Below, piece after piece: positions 9,683 through 19,798 of a stretch of DNA of 64,000 bases (position 1 is its first letter; each line of letters begins with the position of its first letter). A program made the position numbers and the translations under genes. This DNA comes from Myxococcota bacterium (lineage in GTDB: Bacteria > Myxococcota_A > UBA9160 > UBA4427), in the NCBI GenBank assembly GCA_965250285.1, contig OZ252299.1:2656001-2720000 (forward strand). The letters run 5' to 3'. The notes below the pieces were generated by a model. That model did not search any database. It had not been told where the DNA came from and was given only the letters and a program-made list of their open reading frames with translations.

Positions 9683-10701
9683 GACGACTCCTTCAGCGTG
9701 CGCGGGTCGAGGATGTCGCGCACGGCGTCCCCGACGAAGTTGACCGCGAGGACCAGTCCGAAGAGCGCGGCGCCGGCCGCCGTGAGATTCCACCAGACCA
9801 CCGGGTCGCGGCTGAGCTCGTCGCGGGCCTGATCGATCATCTGCCCCCAGCTGCCGTCGACGCCGATGCCGAGATACGAGAGCACGGCCTCGGTGAGCAC
9901 GAGCCCGGTGAACATCAGCACGAACGTGATCACCACCAGATGCATCAGGTTCGGAAGGATGTGGCGCAGGATGATGCGCGGCTCCGAGACGCCGAGCGCC
10001 CGCGCGGCCGCGACGTAGTCGAGCTCGCGCAGCTTCAGCGCTTCGCCCCGCGTGACGCGCGCGAAACCGACCCAGCCCGTGATCGCGAGCGCGACACAGA
10101 CCGAGAGCGTGCTTCGGCCCATCACCATGATGAGGACGATCAACAGCAACAGGCTCGGCATCGACGAAAGCGTCGAGATCACGAGGAAGACCGCATCATC
10201 GAGCCGACCGCCGAAGTAGCCGGCCATCACCCCGAAGAGCAGCGCCAGCGGAATCGCGACGAGGCTCGTCAGCCCGCCGATCAGCAGCGCGACCTTGGCG
10301 CCCTTGAGCGTGAGGTACAGCACGTCGCGCCCGAGGATGTCGGTGCCGAACGGGTGCGACCCCGGTCGCTCGAGTGCGCTGCCGCCGTAGAACTCGACGC
10401 GCGCGAACGGCGCTGAGTAGCTGGCCTCCTTGGTGTCGGCGAAGAGCCGATCGATGACGCTGCGTGCCTCGTGACCCGAGACCGCGTCCTCGCTGCTCGC
10501 CTGCCCACCGACCCAGGCGACCGAGTCGAGGACGGCGATCAACATGTAGGCGCAGATCACCAGCACCGAGATCCGGCGGCGTCGCCAGATCTCCGAAGCG
10601 GCCTCCGACCAGATGCGGTTGCGACGCACGAAGCGCGCGATCGCGATGACACCGGCGATCATCACGACCACGAGCAGGTTCGACCAAACGTGCGGGGCCA
10701 A
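9679..10701 (-). CDS. oppC: Peptide ABC transporter permease (OppC)
   Basis: HPFGTDILGRDV, YVAAARALG (EAA loop), RHILPN, EAVLSYLGIG, SWGQMI. Confidence 0.9.
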   Translation of the reverse strand: MAPHVWSNLLVVVMIAGVIAIARFVRRNRIWSEAASEIWRRRRISVLVICAYMLIAVLDSVAWVGGQASSEDAVSGHEARSVIDRLFADTKEASYSAPFARVEFYGGSALERPGSHPFGTDILGRDVLYLTLKGAKVALLIGGLTSLVAIPLALLFGVMAGYFGGRLDDAVFLVISTLSSMPSLLLLIVLIMVMGRSTLSVCVALAITGWVGFARVTRGEALKLRELDYVAAARALGVSEPRIILRHILPNLMHLVVITFVLMFTGLVLTEAVLSYLGIGVDGSWGQMIDQARDELSRDPVVWWNLTAAGAALFGLVLAVNFVGDAVRDILDPRTLKESS

Positions 10702-10723
10702 TTCGTTCTCGCCTCCCCTTCCG

Positions 10724-11689
10724 TCAGTCGAGCCGGACCCGTGGATCCACGAGGCCGTATGAGAGGTCGGTCAGGATCTGCCCCGCGATGAAGAGCAGCG
10801 AGGAGATGTATACGAGGGTGCGCAACGTCGAGAAGTCGTTGCCGTGGATCGCGTCCACCATCATCGACCCGAGACCGGGAATGCCGAAGAACGACTCGAG
10901 CAGAAGCGAGCCCATGAACAGGAACGGGATCGCGAGCACGACCCGGGTGAGGACGGGGATCAACGAGTTGCGGAAGACGTGGCGCGCCATGATGCGCCCT
11001 TCGCCACAGCCCTTCGCCCGCGCCGTCCGCACGAAGTCGCGATTGCTCTCTTCGAGGAAGACGGTGCGGTAGAAGCGCACGTCGCCGCCGATTCCGTTCA
11101 CGATGCCGACGACGACCGGCAGCGCGAGAAATCGCAGCAGCACCGACGGGTCGGGATCGAAGCCCGAGATCGGGAACCAGCGCAGGACCTTCGCGATCAT
11201 GTACTGCGCACCGATGATGTAGAGAAGGATCGACACGCTCATGGCGAGCACGCAGATGAAGACACCCGTCCGGTCGATGTAGGTCTCGCGAAAGAAGGCC
11301 ACGACGAGAGAGAGTGGGATCGAGACCACCAGACTCAGAATGAAGATCGGCACCATGAGAGAGAGCGAGATCCAGGCGCCCGCACGGATCCGCTCGATGA
11401 TCGGCGTATCGTCGGCGTCGCTGCGACCGAAGTCGAAGGTCAGCATGCGGCGAAAGTGATCGACGAGCAGGTTGTCGGTCCACGCGCCCGGGCCGGGAAA
11501 GAGCGGGCGGTCGTAGCCGTGGTTGACCTTCCACTGCTCGACGACCTCCTGGGGCACGCGCTCGCCGAGGGCCTTGCGCGCGACGTCGTCGGGGTCGGTG
11601 ACGCCGAAGAAGAGCACGAACAGGAAGAGCAGGACGCCGAAGACGACGACCACGCCGTACCCCAGCCGCCGGATCACATAGGCCAGCAC
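10724..11689 (-). CDS. oppB: Peptide ABC transporter permease (OppB)
   Basis: Start GTG: LAYVIRRL...FDFGRS...FVRTARAKG...RHVFRNSLIP...DLSYGLVDPRVR. Confidence 0.9.
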   Translation of the reverse strand: MLAYVIRRLGYGVVVVFGVLLFLFVLFFGVTDPDDVARKALGERVPQEVVEQWKVNHGYDRPLFPGPGAWTDNLLVDHFRRMLTFDFGRSDADDTPIIERIRAGAWISLSLMVPIFILSLVVSIPLSLVVAFFRETYIDRTGVFICVLAMSVSILLYIIGAQYMIAKVLRWFPISGFDPDPSVLLRFLALPVVVGIVNGIGGDVRFYRTVFLEESNRDFVRTARAKGCGEGRIMARHVFRNSLIPVLTRVVLAIPFLFMGSLLLESFFGIPGLGSMMVDAIHGNDFSTLRTLVYISSLLFIAGQILTDLSYGLVDPRVRLD

Positions 11690-13731
11690 TACTGCCTCTC
11701 CCTCAGGTACGTCAGCACGCCCGGCAGGAGCACGGCTGCGGCGCCGAGCACCAGGACATAGATCGGCCACACCACCGGCTCGTTGTGCACCGTGCGCCAG
11801 CCCGTGCGCTCGGGGGCATCGATGTCGCGGTACTTCGTCGTCGGCGTCGACATGCCGACCGGCTTCACGTTGGCGAGCCACTCGTGGTAGAGCAGATAGT
11901 CCTCGGGGTAGAAGAGTTCGATCCACGGACGCTCGTATTCGAGGATCGCCAGCATCCGATCGATCTTCGCCATGCGCTCCGGTCCGTTCGGCATCGCCTT
12001 CATCTCGACGTAGAGCTCGTCGTACGCCGGGTCGGAGAAGTTCGCCGTGTTCGGCCCCTCGTTCTTCGACCGCGCCATCTCGCTCCACAACAGGAACAGG
12101 AAGTTCTCGGGGTCGGGGTAGTCTGCGATCCAGCCCCACATGAAGAGCTGGTAGGCGCCGTTGCGCACCTTCTCCTGGAACTGGTTGTAGTTCGTCGCGG
12201 CGATCTCGACGTCGAGGCCCAGCTGTCGCCAGGCGTCGGTGAAGAACTGGTACCGAAGCCGCCCCTGAGCCGACGTATCGGGCGTATCGAACGTCAACCG
12301 GAGCGGTTTGCCGGTCTCGCGATCGATGCCCCCGCCGTAGCCCGCCTCGGCCAGCAGCTCGCGCGCGCGCTCCACGTCCGGCTTGCGGTACGGATTCTCG
12401 TACGCCTCGTGGTAGCCGAAGATGCCCGGCGGGATCGGCGTCTGCGCAGGCACGCCGCGCCCGTTCAGGAAGAGCCGCGTGAACTCCTCGGTGTCGATCA
12501 CCAGGCTCATCGCCTGGCGCAGCTTCCGCCCCGACTCGCCCGCCTCGCTCCCGAGCAGCGGGTCGTCCATGTTGAACCCGATGTAGTACACGCCCGGGCT
12601 CACGCTCTTGTCGAGCGAGATCCCGAGCGACTCCATCTCGCTCGAGAGCCCCCCCTCGTGCACCACGCGGTCGAAGCTCTCCTTGATGACGCCGGATGCG
12701 TCGTAGTAGCCCTGCAGAAACTTGTTGAACGCGGGGATCGACTCCTTCTCGCGCCGAAACTCGACCCGCTCGATGAACGGCAGCGGCTGGCCGACGTACT
12801 TCGGATCGAGCCGCCCGGCCGCCGCGTCTCCCGGCGAACCCTCGCTCGGATACGTCGCGCCCGGCGCCTTCCACTCGGGGTGCATCACCCCGTACCAGGT
12901 CGGATTTCGCTCGAGGATCATGCGCGCCTGCTTGTCGTACTCGACCAGCCGGTACGGCCCGGTGCCGACGGGGTGATCGGCGAGCCGCGCCCGCCCCTCC
13001 TCGCCGTCGTAGTACTCGACGACCTCCCAGGCCAGCGGCGTCGTGAACGGCATCGCGAACCAGTAGAGGATCTGCGGAAACGGCCGCTCGAGCACGATGC
13101 GCAGCCCGAGATCGCCGTCGACCTCGATGCCCTCGATGCCGCCCAGCTCGGCGTACTGCGCGTGGGCGGGCAGCGCAGCGAAGGCCGGGTCGCTCCCCCG
13201 ACGCTCGACGAGCGCCTCGCCGAAGCCCCGGAAGCCCGCGATCTGCGAGAACTGCTCGATCACCGGGCTGTTGACCGCGGGATCGGCGATGCGCATGAGC
13301 TGAAACGCGACGTCGCTGGTCGTCACCGCCCGCGTGGCGGGCGCCGCGCGATCGGGATCGAACGCGATGTCTTCGTGAAAGAGCAGATCGGGCCGCATCT
13401 CGAAGCGGTAGGCGACCCCGCCGCCTTCGAGGGGCTCGCCCACGGGCACGGTCGTCGCGAGGCCCGGAATCAGCTGATAGGGCCGCTTGAGGTAGTGGTA
13501 CTCGAGCAACGTATCGAAGACGTTGCCCGTGATCTTGTGCGACGTCGTGGTGTAGGCGACGGCTGGATCGAGGGTGCGAGGGGCCTCGCTGAAGGGCGTG
13601 TACAGCACCTTCTTGGTGTCATCTTGATTCGGATACGGGTTGTTCGTACACGCGGCCGCGAGCGCGGCGAGCGAGAGCCAGAGCGCGAGCCACGTCGTGC
13701 GGCGCCGAGGTTCTGAGACGAGACGGTTCAA
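11689..13731 (-). CDS. Family-5 ABC substrate-binding lipoprotein (OppA-like) with extra C-terminal TM helix
   Basis: Lipobox LAAAC, TLDPAVAY, PVGTGPY, GWIADYPDPENFL; hydrophobic C-terminus WPIYVLVLGAAAVLLPGVLTYL. Confidence 0.88.
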   Translation of the reverse strand: MNRLVSEPRRRTTWLALWLSLAALAAACTNNPYPNQDDTKKVLYTPFSEAPRTLDPAVAYTTTSHKITGNVFDTLLEYHYLKRPYQLIPGLATTVPVGEPLEGGGVAYRFEMRPDLLFHEDIAFDPDRAAPATRAVTTSDVAFQLMRIADPAVNSPVIEQFSQIAGFRGFGEALVERRGSDPAFAALPAHAQYAELGGIEGIEVDGDLGLRIVLERPFPQILYWFAMPFTTPLAWEVVEYYDGEEGRARLADHPVGTGPYRLVEYDKQARMILERNPTWYGVMHPEWKAPGATYPSEGSPGDAAAGRLDPKYVGQPLPFIERVEFRREKESIPAFNKFLQGYYDASGVIKESFDRVVHEGGLSSEMESLGISLDKSVSPGVYYIGFNMDDPLLGSEAGESGRKLRQAMSLVIDTEEFTRLFLNGRGVPAQTPIPPGIFGYHEAYENPYRKPDVERARELLAEAGYGGGIDRETGKPLRLTFDTPDTSAQGRLRYQFFTDAWRQLGLDVEIAATNYNQFQEKVRNGAYQLFMWGWIADYPDPENFLFLLWSEMARSKNEGPNTANFSDPAYDELYVEMKAMPNGPERMAKIDRMLAILEYERPWIELFYPEDYLLYHEWLANVKPVGMSTPTTKYRDIDAPERTGWRTVHNEPVVWPIYVLVLGAAAVLLPGVLTYLRERQ

Positions 13732-14552
13732 CGCCGCGCCGCCGCGATCGCGCGCGAATCCGTCGCATCACCGGCGCTCTGGCCCAGGCGAAACAGCGAC
13801 GGTGCGAGCTCGGGATCGAGCTGCACGCTCTTGTACTCGACGTCGACGCGCGCGCCCTCCGCGGGAAAGCGCAGCCGGACGACGTGGGCGAACGATTGCA
13901 TCGCCCCGTCTCCCCCCATGAGCGGACGATGGTCGTCGAAGGTGGCGCTCCAGACAAGCGCTCCGGTGGGATCGAATCGTTCGAACCCGCGCAGCCGCCC
14001 TTCGGCATCGAAGCCGACGCGCTCGCGCAGGGCCCCGGCAGCATCGACCCGATCGACGTCGAAGAGCAGCGGCCCCCAGCCCGACCGGCCGATCACCAGG
14101 GTCGGGTCGAGTCGCGGCGCGCCGAGCAACAGATCGACCGCTTCGTCGGGAGCGAGCGCCACCCTCGCCACGCGCCACAGCAGCGCGGGCGTGACGCGGC
14201 CCTGCTGGATCGCGGACGCCCCGGATTCCCACAGCTGATACACCCCGTCGTGCACCACCAGGACGGCCGCGACCTGATTGAACAGGCCCAGGATCTCGAC
14301 ACGCAGCGTCGCCGGGCGCTGCACCGCAATGCGCTGCGGACGGCTCACCTCGAGATCCGGCGCCTGGATGGCCAGGCGAGCCTTGGCGCGCAGGCCCCGT
14401 CGCTGGGCCTCGGCCCCCTCGAGCTCGGCGATCAGGGCGCCGGCATCGAGATCGGGGCGCGGCGCCGGCGGCGGCTTGCGACAGGCCGCCGTCGCGAGCA
14501 GGCCACACAGGCACGCGGCGATGGCGAGGCGGCGCACCGCAGTGGATCTCAC
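13728..14552 (-). CDS. LolB/DUF4292-like lipoprotein
   Basis: Lipoprotein signal (LLATAAC); RPATLRVEILGLFNQVAAVLV pattern of the LolA/LolB-fold DUF4292 group; ends LAPSLFRL. Confidence 0.6.
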   Translation of the reverse strand: MRSTAVRRLAIAACLCGLLATAACRKPPPAPRPDLDAGALIAELEGAEAQRRGLRAKARLAIQAPDLEVSRPQRIAVQRPATLRVEILGLFNQVAAVLVVHDGVYQLWESGASAIQQGRVTPALLWRVARVALAPDEAVDLLLGAPRLDPTLVIGRSGWGPLLFDVDRVDAAGALRERVGFDAEGRLRGFERFDPTGALVWSATFDDHRPLMGGDGAMQSFAHVVRLRFPAEGARVDVEYKSVQLDPELAPSLFRLGQSAGDATDSRAIAAARR

Positions 14553-16405
14553 GGGTTGGACGACTCACTCGAGCGACCCGCCGAGCCCTCGCTCTGCAGG
14601 TCGAGCCGCAGCCGGTCGAGTTTTTCGAGCAGGTTCGGCTGCTCGTCTTCGCGGTGATCCTGCTCGACTGCGCGCTCGTAGTACTCGAGGGCCGCATCGC
14701 GATCGTCCATCAAGAGATGGACGTCGCCGAGGTGCTCACTCACCACGGGGTCACCGCCCGTCAGGTCGTCGGCGAGGCGCAGCTGATCCCGGGCGCGTTC
14801 GAGCAGCTCGAGCGCCGCATCGCGGCTGCCCCGCTCCATCAACGGGCGCGCGCGCATGTAGTAGACCCAGCCTAGGCTGTCGGCGATGTAGCCATCGTCG
14901 GGTGCGATCTCGGTCGCTCGGATGATCAGACGCTCGGCACGGTCGAGATCTTCGCCGCGCTCGGCCAGCGTGTAGCCGATGTAGTTGAGGGCGTGGGCGT
15001 TGTCGGGGTTCTCTTCGAGTACGCGCTCCATCATCTGCATGGCGTCGTCGTTGCGCTTCGCCATGCCGTAGAGCACGCCGATCTGATAGAGCACCTCCTC
15101 GTCGCCCGGATTCTCTTCGAGCATCTCCTCGAGGAGCGCGACGCCCCCTTCGAGGTCGCCGCTGCGCGCGCGTAGGCTGGCCGCGTGAAACTCGATCGGC
15201 CGGTCGCTGCGCACCGCCCGCAGTGCCTCGACCTCGGCCAGCGCCGCGTCGAGGTCGCCTCGCTCCTCGTAGATCGTCGCGATCTGCATGCGGGCATCGG
15301 TGTGCAGGGGGTGGCCCGCTGGCACGCGGGCGAACGCCGCGAGCGCCGCATCGGTCTCGCCGAGGGCACGGCGCACCTGCCCGAGCGCGTAGGCGAGATC
15401 CGGCCGGCCGGGGTTGGCTGCCGCCGCCGCCTCGAATCGCTCGGCCGCCGCCACGGGATCGCCCGCGGAGAACTCGAGCGACGCCAGCCGCTTGATCGCC
15501 TGGACGTCGCTCGGGTGCGCTTCGACGAGGCGACGGTACGTACGGATCGCACCGGCCACGTCGCCGGTCGCGATCTGCGCCTCGCCGAGGCTGACCAGCG
15601 TGCCGTGGTGGTCGGGCTCGTTCTCGAGCACCTCGTAGTAGATCTCGATCTCGCCGGAGCGGTCGCCGGCCGCGCGCCGAACGCGCGCGAGTCGCGAGTA
15701 GAGAACGAATCGGTTCGGGTGGTATTCGAGGCCCTGCCGCAGCGCGGCCTCCGCCTGCTCGAACTCGCGCAGGCGCTCGTAGATCGTCGCGACCGCCATG
15801 TAGGCGCCGAGGTTCTCGGGCTCGGCCTCGAGCAGCAACCGCGCGGTCGTCAGCGCGGTCGTCATCTGACCGCGCTCCATGTACATCTGAAAGAGCAGCA
15901 GCGCCGACTCGCTGTCGATGGGGCGCTCGTTGTGATCGCGGAGCGTGCGCTCGACGTCGCTGTAGCGACGCTGGTGCAGGTAGAGACGGCCGAGGAAACG
16001 TCGCCCCTCGATGTCGTCCGGGTCGAGGGCGAGACCGGTCTCGCCGTAGACGATCGCGCGGTCGATCTCGTCGAGCTGCGCGGCGAAGCGGCTGGCGCGG
16101 TAGGCGAGATACGCCGACCCGGGATCCTTCACGATCGCGCGATCGAGCGCTTCGAGGGCGCCTTCGATGTCGCCGTCGCGCGCGGCGACCTCGGCGACCA
16201 GCACGTCGTAGGTGGCATCGGCGTCCGGGCGCTCGACGGGCCCGTCCTCTTCGGCACGGCCGAGCAGCCCGCCGGTCGAGGAACAGCCCGAGAGCGTCGC
16301 AATCACCAGGAGCGCGGCGAGCAGCGGCCGGAGGCGTGCGCGGCGGCGCACCCACGCGCGTCGCGGCCTCGTCGACCGGGCTCGAACTCGATTCGCCGCC
16401 ATCAA
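14549..16405 (-). CDS. Tetratricopeptide repeat lipoprotein
   Basis: Lipobox LSGC, many TPR helices, NAHALNYIGYTLAE...DGYIADSLGWVYY...DPVVSEHLGDV. Confidence 0.88.
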   Translation of the reverse strand: MMAANRVRARSTRPRRAWVRRRARLRPLLAALLVIATLSGCSSTGGLLGRAEEDGPVERPDADATYDVLVAEVAARDGDIEGALEALDRAIVKDPGSAYLAYRASRFAAQLDEIDRAIVYGETGLALDPDDIEGRRFLGRLYLHQRRYSDVERTLRDHNERPIDSESALLLFQMYMERGQMTTALTTARLLLEAEPENLGAYMAVATIYERLREFEQAEAALRQGLEYHPNRFVLYSRLARVRRAAGDRSGEIEIYYEVLENEPDHHGTLVSLGEAQIATGDVAGAIRTYRRLVEAHPSDVQAIKRLASLEFSAGDPVAAAERFEAAAAANPGRPDLAYALGQVRRALGETDAALAAFARVPAGHPLHTDARMQIATIYEERGDLDAALAEVEALRAVRSDRPIEFHAASLRARSGDLEGGVALLEEMLEENPGDEEVLYQIGVLYGMAKRNDDAMQMMERVLEENPDNAHALNYIGYTLAERGEDLDRAERLIIRATEIAPDDGYIADSLGWVYYMRARPLMERGSRDAALELLERARDQLRLADDLTGGDPVVSEHLGDVHLLMDDRDAALEYYERAVEQDHREDEQPNLLEKLDRLRLDLQSEGSAGRSSESSNP

Positions 16406-16453
16406 GCTCCCATCGGCTCGTCGGCGCTCCGACTGGCGCAGAAACGCGACGGG

Positions 16454-17068
16454 TCAGGCAGAGAGATAGCCCTGTTTCTCGAGGTAGGCGACGAGATCGG
16501 CTGCGCTCTGCTCGACGGACTGGCTCGCGGTATCGATGACGAGCTCGGGCTTGAGGGGCTCTTCATAGGGGGCCGAGATTCCGGTGAATTCGGGGATCTC
16601 GCCGGCGCGGGCCTTGGCGTAGAGACCCTTCACGTCGCGGCCCTCGCACGTCTCGAGGTCGGCGGAGACGTAGCACTCGACGAAGTCGCCCTCGCCCATG
16701 ATCTCACGCACCTGATCGCGGTCGGCGCGGTAGGGCGAGATGAACGACGTGAAGACGATGACGCCCGCATCGGTGAAGAGCTTCGAGACCTCGCCGATGC
16801 GGCGGATGTTCTCGGTGCGGTCCTCGGGCGAGAAGCCGAGGTTGCTGTTCAGCCCCATGCGGATGTTGTCGCCGTCGAGGATGTAGGTCGCCTTGCCCTT
16901 GTCGTGCAGCATCTTCTCGGCGGCGACGGCCACGGTCGACTTGCCCGAGCCCGAGAGCCCCGTCAGCCAGATGGTGACGCCCCGCTGGCCCTTCTGGGCC
17001 TCGCGATCGGTGCGCGCGACCTGACCCTCGTGCCACGTGATGTTCTTCGACTTCGGCTCGTCTGCCAC
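16454..17068 (-). CDS. cysC: Adenylyl-sulfate kinase
   Basis: NITWH, WLTGLSGSGKST, LDGDNIR, GFSPEDRTENIRRIGE, FISPY, FTGISAPYE. Start re-picked at GTG. Confidence 0.96.
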   Translation of the reverse strand: MADEPKSKNITWHEGQVARTDREAQKGQRGVTIWLTGLSGSGKSTVAVAAEKMLHDKGKATYILDGDNIRMGLNSNLGFSPEDRTENIRRIGEVSKLFTDAGVIVFTSFISPYRADRDQVREIMGEGDFVECYVSADLETCEGRDVKGLYAKARAGEIPEFTGISAPYEEPLKPELVIDTASQSVEQSAADLVAYLEKQGYLSA

Positions 17069-17358
17069 GACTCGGTTTCCTCGCTCGTTCGCTGACCCGG
17101 CGCCGGCGCTCCGCGTCTGCGGGGCGGGCGGGTCGATTGGATGTGCGCGCATGCGCTGGGGTCTCGCCGCCGGAGCCGGGCCCGGTCCGCTTCGAGGCGA
17201 CCTGGACACCCGCGCCGCCCCGTTCGGGCGGCGGCTCCGATGGCTTCGGGACGCCGGAGACTAGCCGCCCCGGGGTCGCGGCGCCCCCGGCCCGGCGGCT
17301 GCGCAACGCTGCGCGGCGGGGATGCGATGGCCCGCCGCACGGGCCCCCGGGGTCGCCT

Positions 17359-18528
17359 TCAGGCGCCCTCGCCCCGGGCCGCCCGCACCTCTTCGACGAC
17401 GCGCGCCCCGGCGCGGTCGATCTCCTCGGCCGTCGTGAAGCGCCCGAGGCCGAACCGGATCGTCGCCCGAGCGAGCGCCGCGTCGTGGCCGATGGCCGTC
17501 AACACGTGGCTCGGCGCCGGATCGGCCGAGCTGCAGGCCGAGCCGGTGGAGAGTGCGAGATCGGGCAGCGCGAGCAGCAGTTTGTCCCCGTCGACGCCCT
17601 CGAACGAGACGCTCAGATTGCCCGGCAGGCTGCGCGCCGGGTCGCCGTTTCGGCGCACGCCGCCGAGCGCCGACTCGAGGGATGACCACAGCTGATCGCG
17701 CAGGGCGCCGACGCGCAGTGCCTCGGCCGCACGCTCTTCGGCCGCGATCTCGGCGGCCGTCGCGAGCCCGACGACCTGGTGGACGGCGATCGTGCCCGAG
17801 CGCAGACCGCCCTCGTGTCCTCCACCCAGCTGGCGCGCCTCGATTCGCGCACGCGGGCGCCGACGGCGCACGTAGAGCGCGCCCGAACCCTTCGGTCCGT
17901 AGATCTTGTGGGCCGAGACCGAGAGCAGCGCGAGCGGCACGTCGCTCACGTCGAGCGGGACCTTGCCGAACGCCTGAGCCGCGTCGCTGTGCAGTGGCAC
18001 ACCCCGGTCGGCGCACAGGCCGGCGATCGCGGACATCTCGGCGACCGTGCCGATCTCGCTGTTCGCCCACATCACCGAAACCAGCGCGGTCTCGGTCTCG
18101 AGCCTTCGCTCGAGCTCGCCGAGGTCGACGTGCCCGTGCGCGTCGACCTCGAGGCGGGCGACGGGCGTGCCCTGGCGCTCGAGCCAGGCGATCGGGTCGA
18201 GCACGGCCGGGTGCTCGGTCACCACGCTCACGATGGGTCGCCCGGGCGCGCGGGCGGCTGCCCCGAACACCGCCAGGTTGTTGCTCTCGGTGGCACCGCT
18301 CGTGAAGACGATCTCGCGGGGCTCGGCGCCGAGCGCAGCGGCGAGGCGCTCCCGGGCCTGCTCGACCGCGGCCTCGGCGCGCCACCCGTACACGTGGCTT
18401 GCGCTCGATGGATTGCCGAAATCACCCCGCGCGCCGCCGTCGAGCCAGGGGCGCATGGCTTCGAAGACGCGCTCGTCGACGGGGGTGGTGGCGTGATGGT
18501 CGAGGTAGATCGGCGCTTCGGTCGGCAC
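17359..18528 (-). CDS. iscS: Cysteine desulfurase (IscS/NifS family)
   Basis: IYLDHHATTP, FGNPSS, FTSGATESNN, SAHKIYGPKG, STGSACSS. Confidence 0.93.
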   Translation of the reverse strand: MPTEAPIYLDHHATTPVDERVFEAMRPWLDGGARGDFGNPSSASHVYGWRAEAAVEQARERLAAALGAEPREIVFTSGATESNNLAVFGAAARAPGRPIVSVVTEHPAVLDPIAWLERQGTPVARLEVDAHGHVDLGELERRLETETALVSVMWANSEIGTVAEMSAIAGLCADRGVPLHSDAAQAFGKVPLDVSDVPLALLSVSAHKIYGPKGSGALYVRRRRPRARIEARQLGGGHEGGLRSGTIAVHQVVGLATAAEIAAEERAAEALRVGALRDQLWSSLESALGGVRRNGDPARSLPGNLSVSFEGVDGDKLLLALPDLALSTGSACSSADPAPSHVLTAIGHDAALARATIRFGLGRFTTAEEIDRAGARVVEEVRAARGEGA

Positions 18529-18543
18529 CGGCCTGGATCCGGG

Positions 18544-18873
18544 TCAGGCCGCGAAGCTCTGTCCGCAGCCGCAGGTGTTGTTGGCGTTCGGGTTCTCGAT
18601 CTTGAAGCCCGATTCCTGGAGCGAGTCGACGAAGTCGAGCACCGACCCGACGAGGTAGAGCGCGCTCTTCTCGTCGACGACCACGCGCACGTCGTGCGCC
18701 TCGATCTCGTTGTCGACGTCCTTCATCGCGTCGTCGAATGACAGCTGGTACTGAAGCCCCGAGCAGCCCCCGCCCACGACCTTCATGCGCAGGCGATGGG
18801 TGTCGAGCTTGCCGTCCTCTTCGAGGAGGGCGTGGATGCGCTCGGCGGCAGCTTCGGTGACTTCGATCATCAT
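18544..18873 (-). CDS. A-type Fe-S carrier (IscA/ErpA/HesB)
   Basis: GGGCSGLQY and NPNANNTCGCGQSF. Confidence 0.95.
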   Translation of the reverse strand: MMIEVTEAAAERIHALLEEDGKLDTHRLRMKVVGGGCSGLQYQLSFDDAMKDVDNEIEAHDVRVVVDEKSALYLVGSVLDFVDSLQESGFKIENPNANNTCGCGQSFAA

Positions 18874-19006
18874 CTCTCTCCGTCTGGGCCAGGCGCGCGG
18901 GCGCGCCGACCTCATCCTAGCTCACGGCTCCTCATCGACCGAATCGGGCCCTGGGTGGACCCCTTCGGCTCGGACCGAGTCGCGCAGGGGGTGTACCCCG
19001 CTCGGC

Positions 19007-19798
19007 TCAGTGGGCGGCTGCCCCCTCGCTGCGCGCGAGATGCACGAAGATCTCGATGTTGCCCTTGGGCCCGGGCACCCGACAGTCGGCCCGCCCGATC
19101 TCTCTGTGACCCAGCGCCTCGGCTGCGCGTACGACCTCATCGGCCGCGTCGCGCCGAAGCGCGTCGTCGCGCACGACGCCCCCCTTCCCGACCCGCTCGC
19201 GCCCGACTTCGAACTGCGGCTTCACCATGAGCAGCCACTCGGCCTCGCCCGCGCGCTCCGCGATCGCGCCGAGCAGCAGCCGGATCGAGATGAACGAGAC
19301 GTCGACCACGACGAGCTGAAAGGGTTCGATGCCGGCCGGGATCGACAGATCCGCCAGGTCACGGGCATGGGTGCCCTCGAACGCCAGAACCCGCTCGTCC
19401 CGCAGGAGGCGCTCGTGGAGCTGCGCGCGGCCGACGTCGACCGCGACGACGTGGCGCGCGCCGTGCTGGAGCAGGCAGTCGGTGAAGCCGCCCGTCGAGG
19501 CCCCGACATCGAGACACGAGCGGCCGGCGGGATCGATCCCGAGGTCGGCCAGGGCGCCAGCGAGCTTGTCTCCACCGCGCGAGACGTAGCGACGGGCATC
19601 GCCCTTGAGTCGCAGCACCGCGTCCTCGGCGACCCGCGTGCCCGGCTTGTCGCAGGGGGCATCGTTCACCAGCACCCGACCCGCGAGAATCAGCGAACGC
19701 GCCAGACTGCGTGATTCGGCCAGCCCTTCGGCGTGGACGCGTTCGTCGAGTCGGGGGCGTCGCTGGGCCGCGGGCGGGCGCGCGTCGCGGCCCGGCAT
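19007..19798 (-). CDS. tlyA: TlyA family rRNA 2'-O-methyltransferase
   Basis: S4-like RLDERV...SRSLARSLILAGRVLV, YVSRGGDKL, LDVGASTGGFTDCLLQHGA, DVSFIS, VKPQFE, GPKGNIE. Confidence 0.93.
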   Translation of the reverse strand: MPGRDARPPAAQRRPRLDERVHAEGLAESRSLARSLILAGRVLVNDAPCDKPGTRVAEDAVLRLKGDARRYVSRGGDKLAGALADLGIDPAGRSCLDVGASTGGFTDCLLQHGARHVVAVDVGRAQLHERLLRDERVLAFEGTHARDLADLSIPAGIEPFQLVVVDVSFISIRLLLGAIAERAGEAEWLLMVKPQFEVGRERVGKGGVVRDDALRRDAADEVVRAAEALGHREIGRADCRVPGPKGNIEIFVHLARSEGAAAH

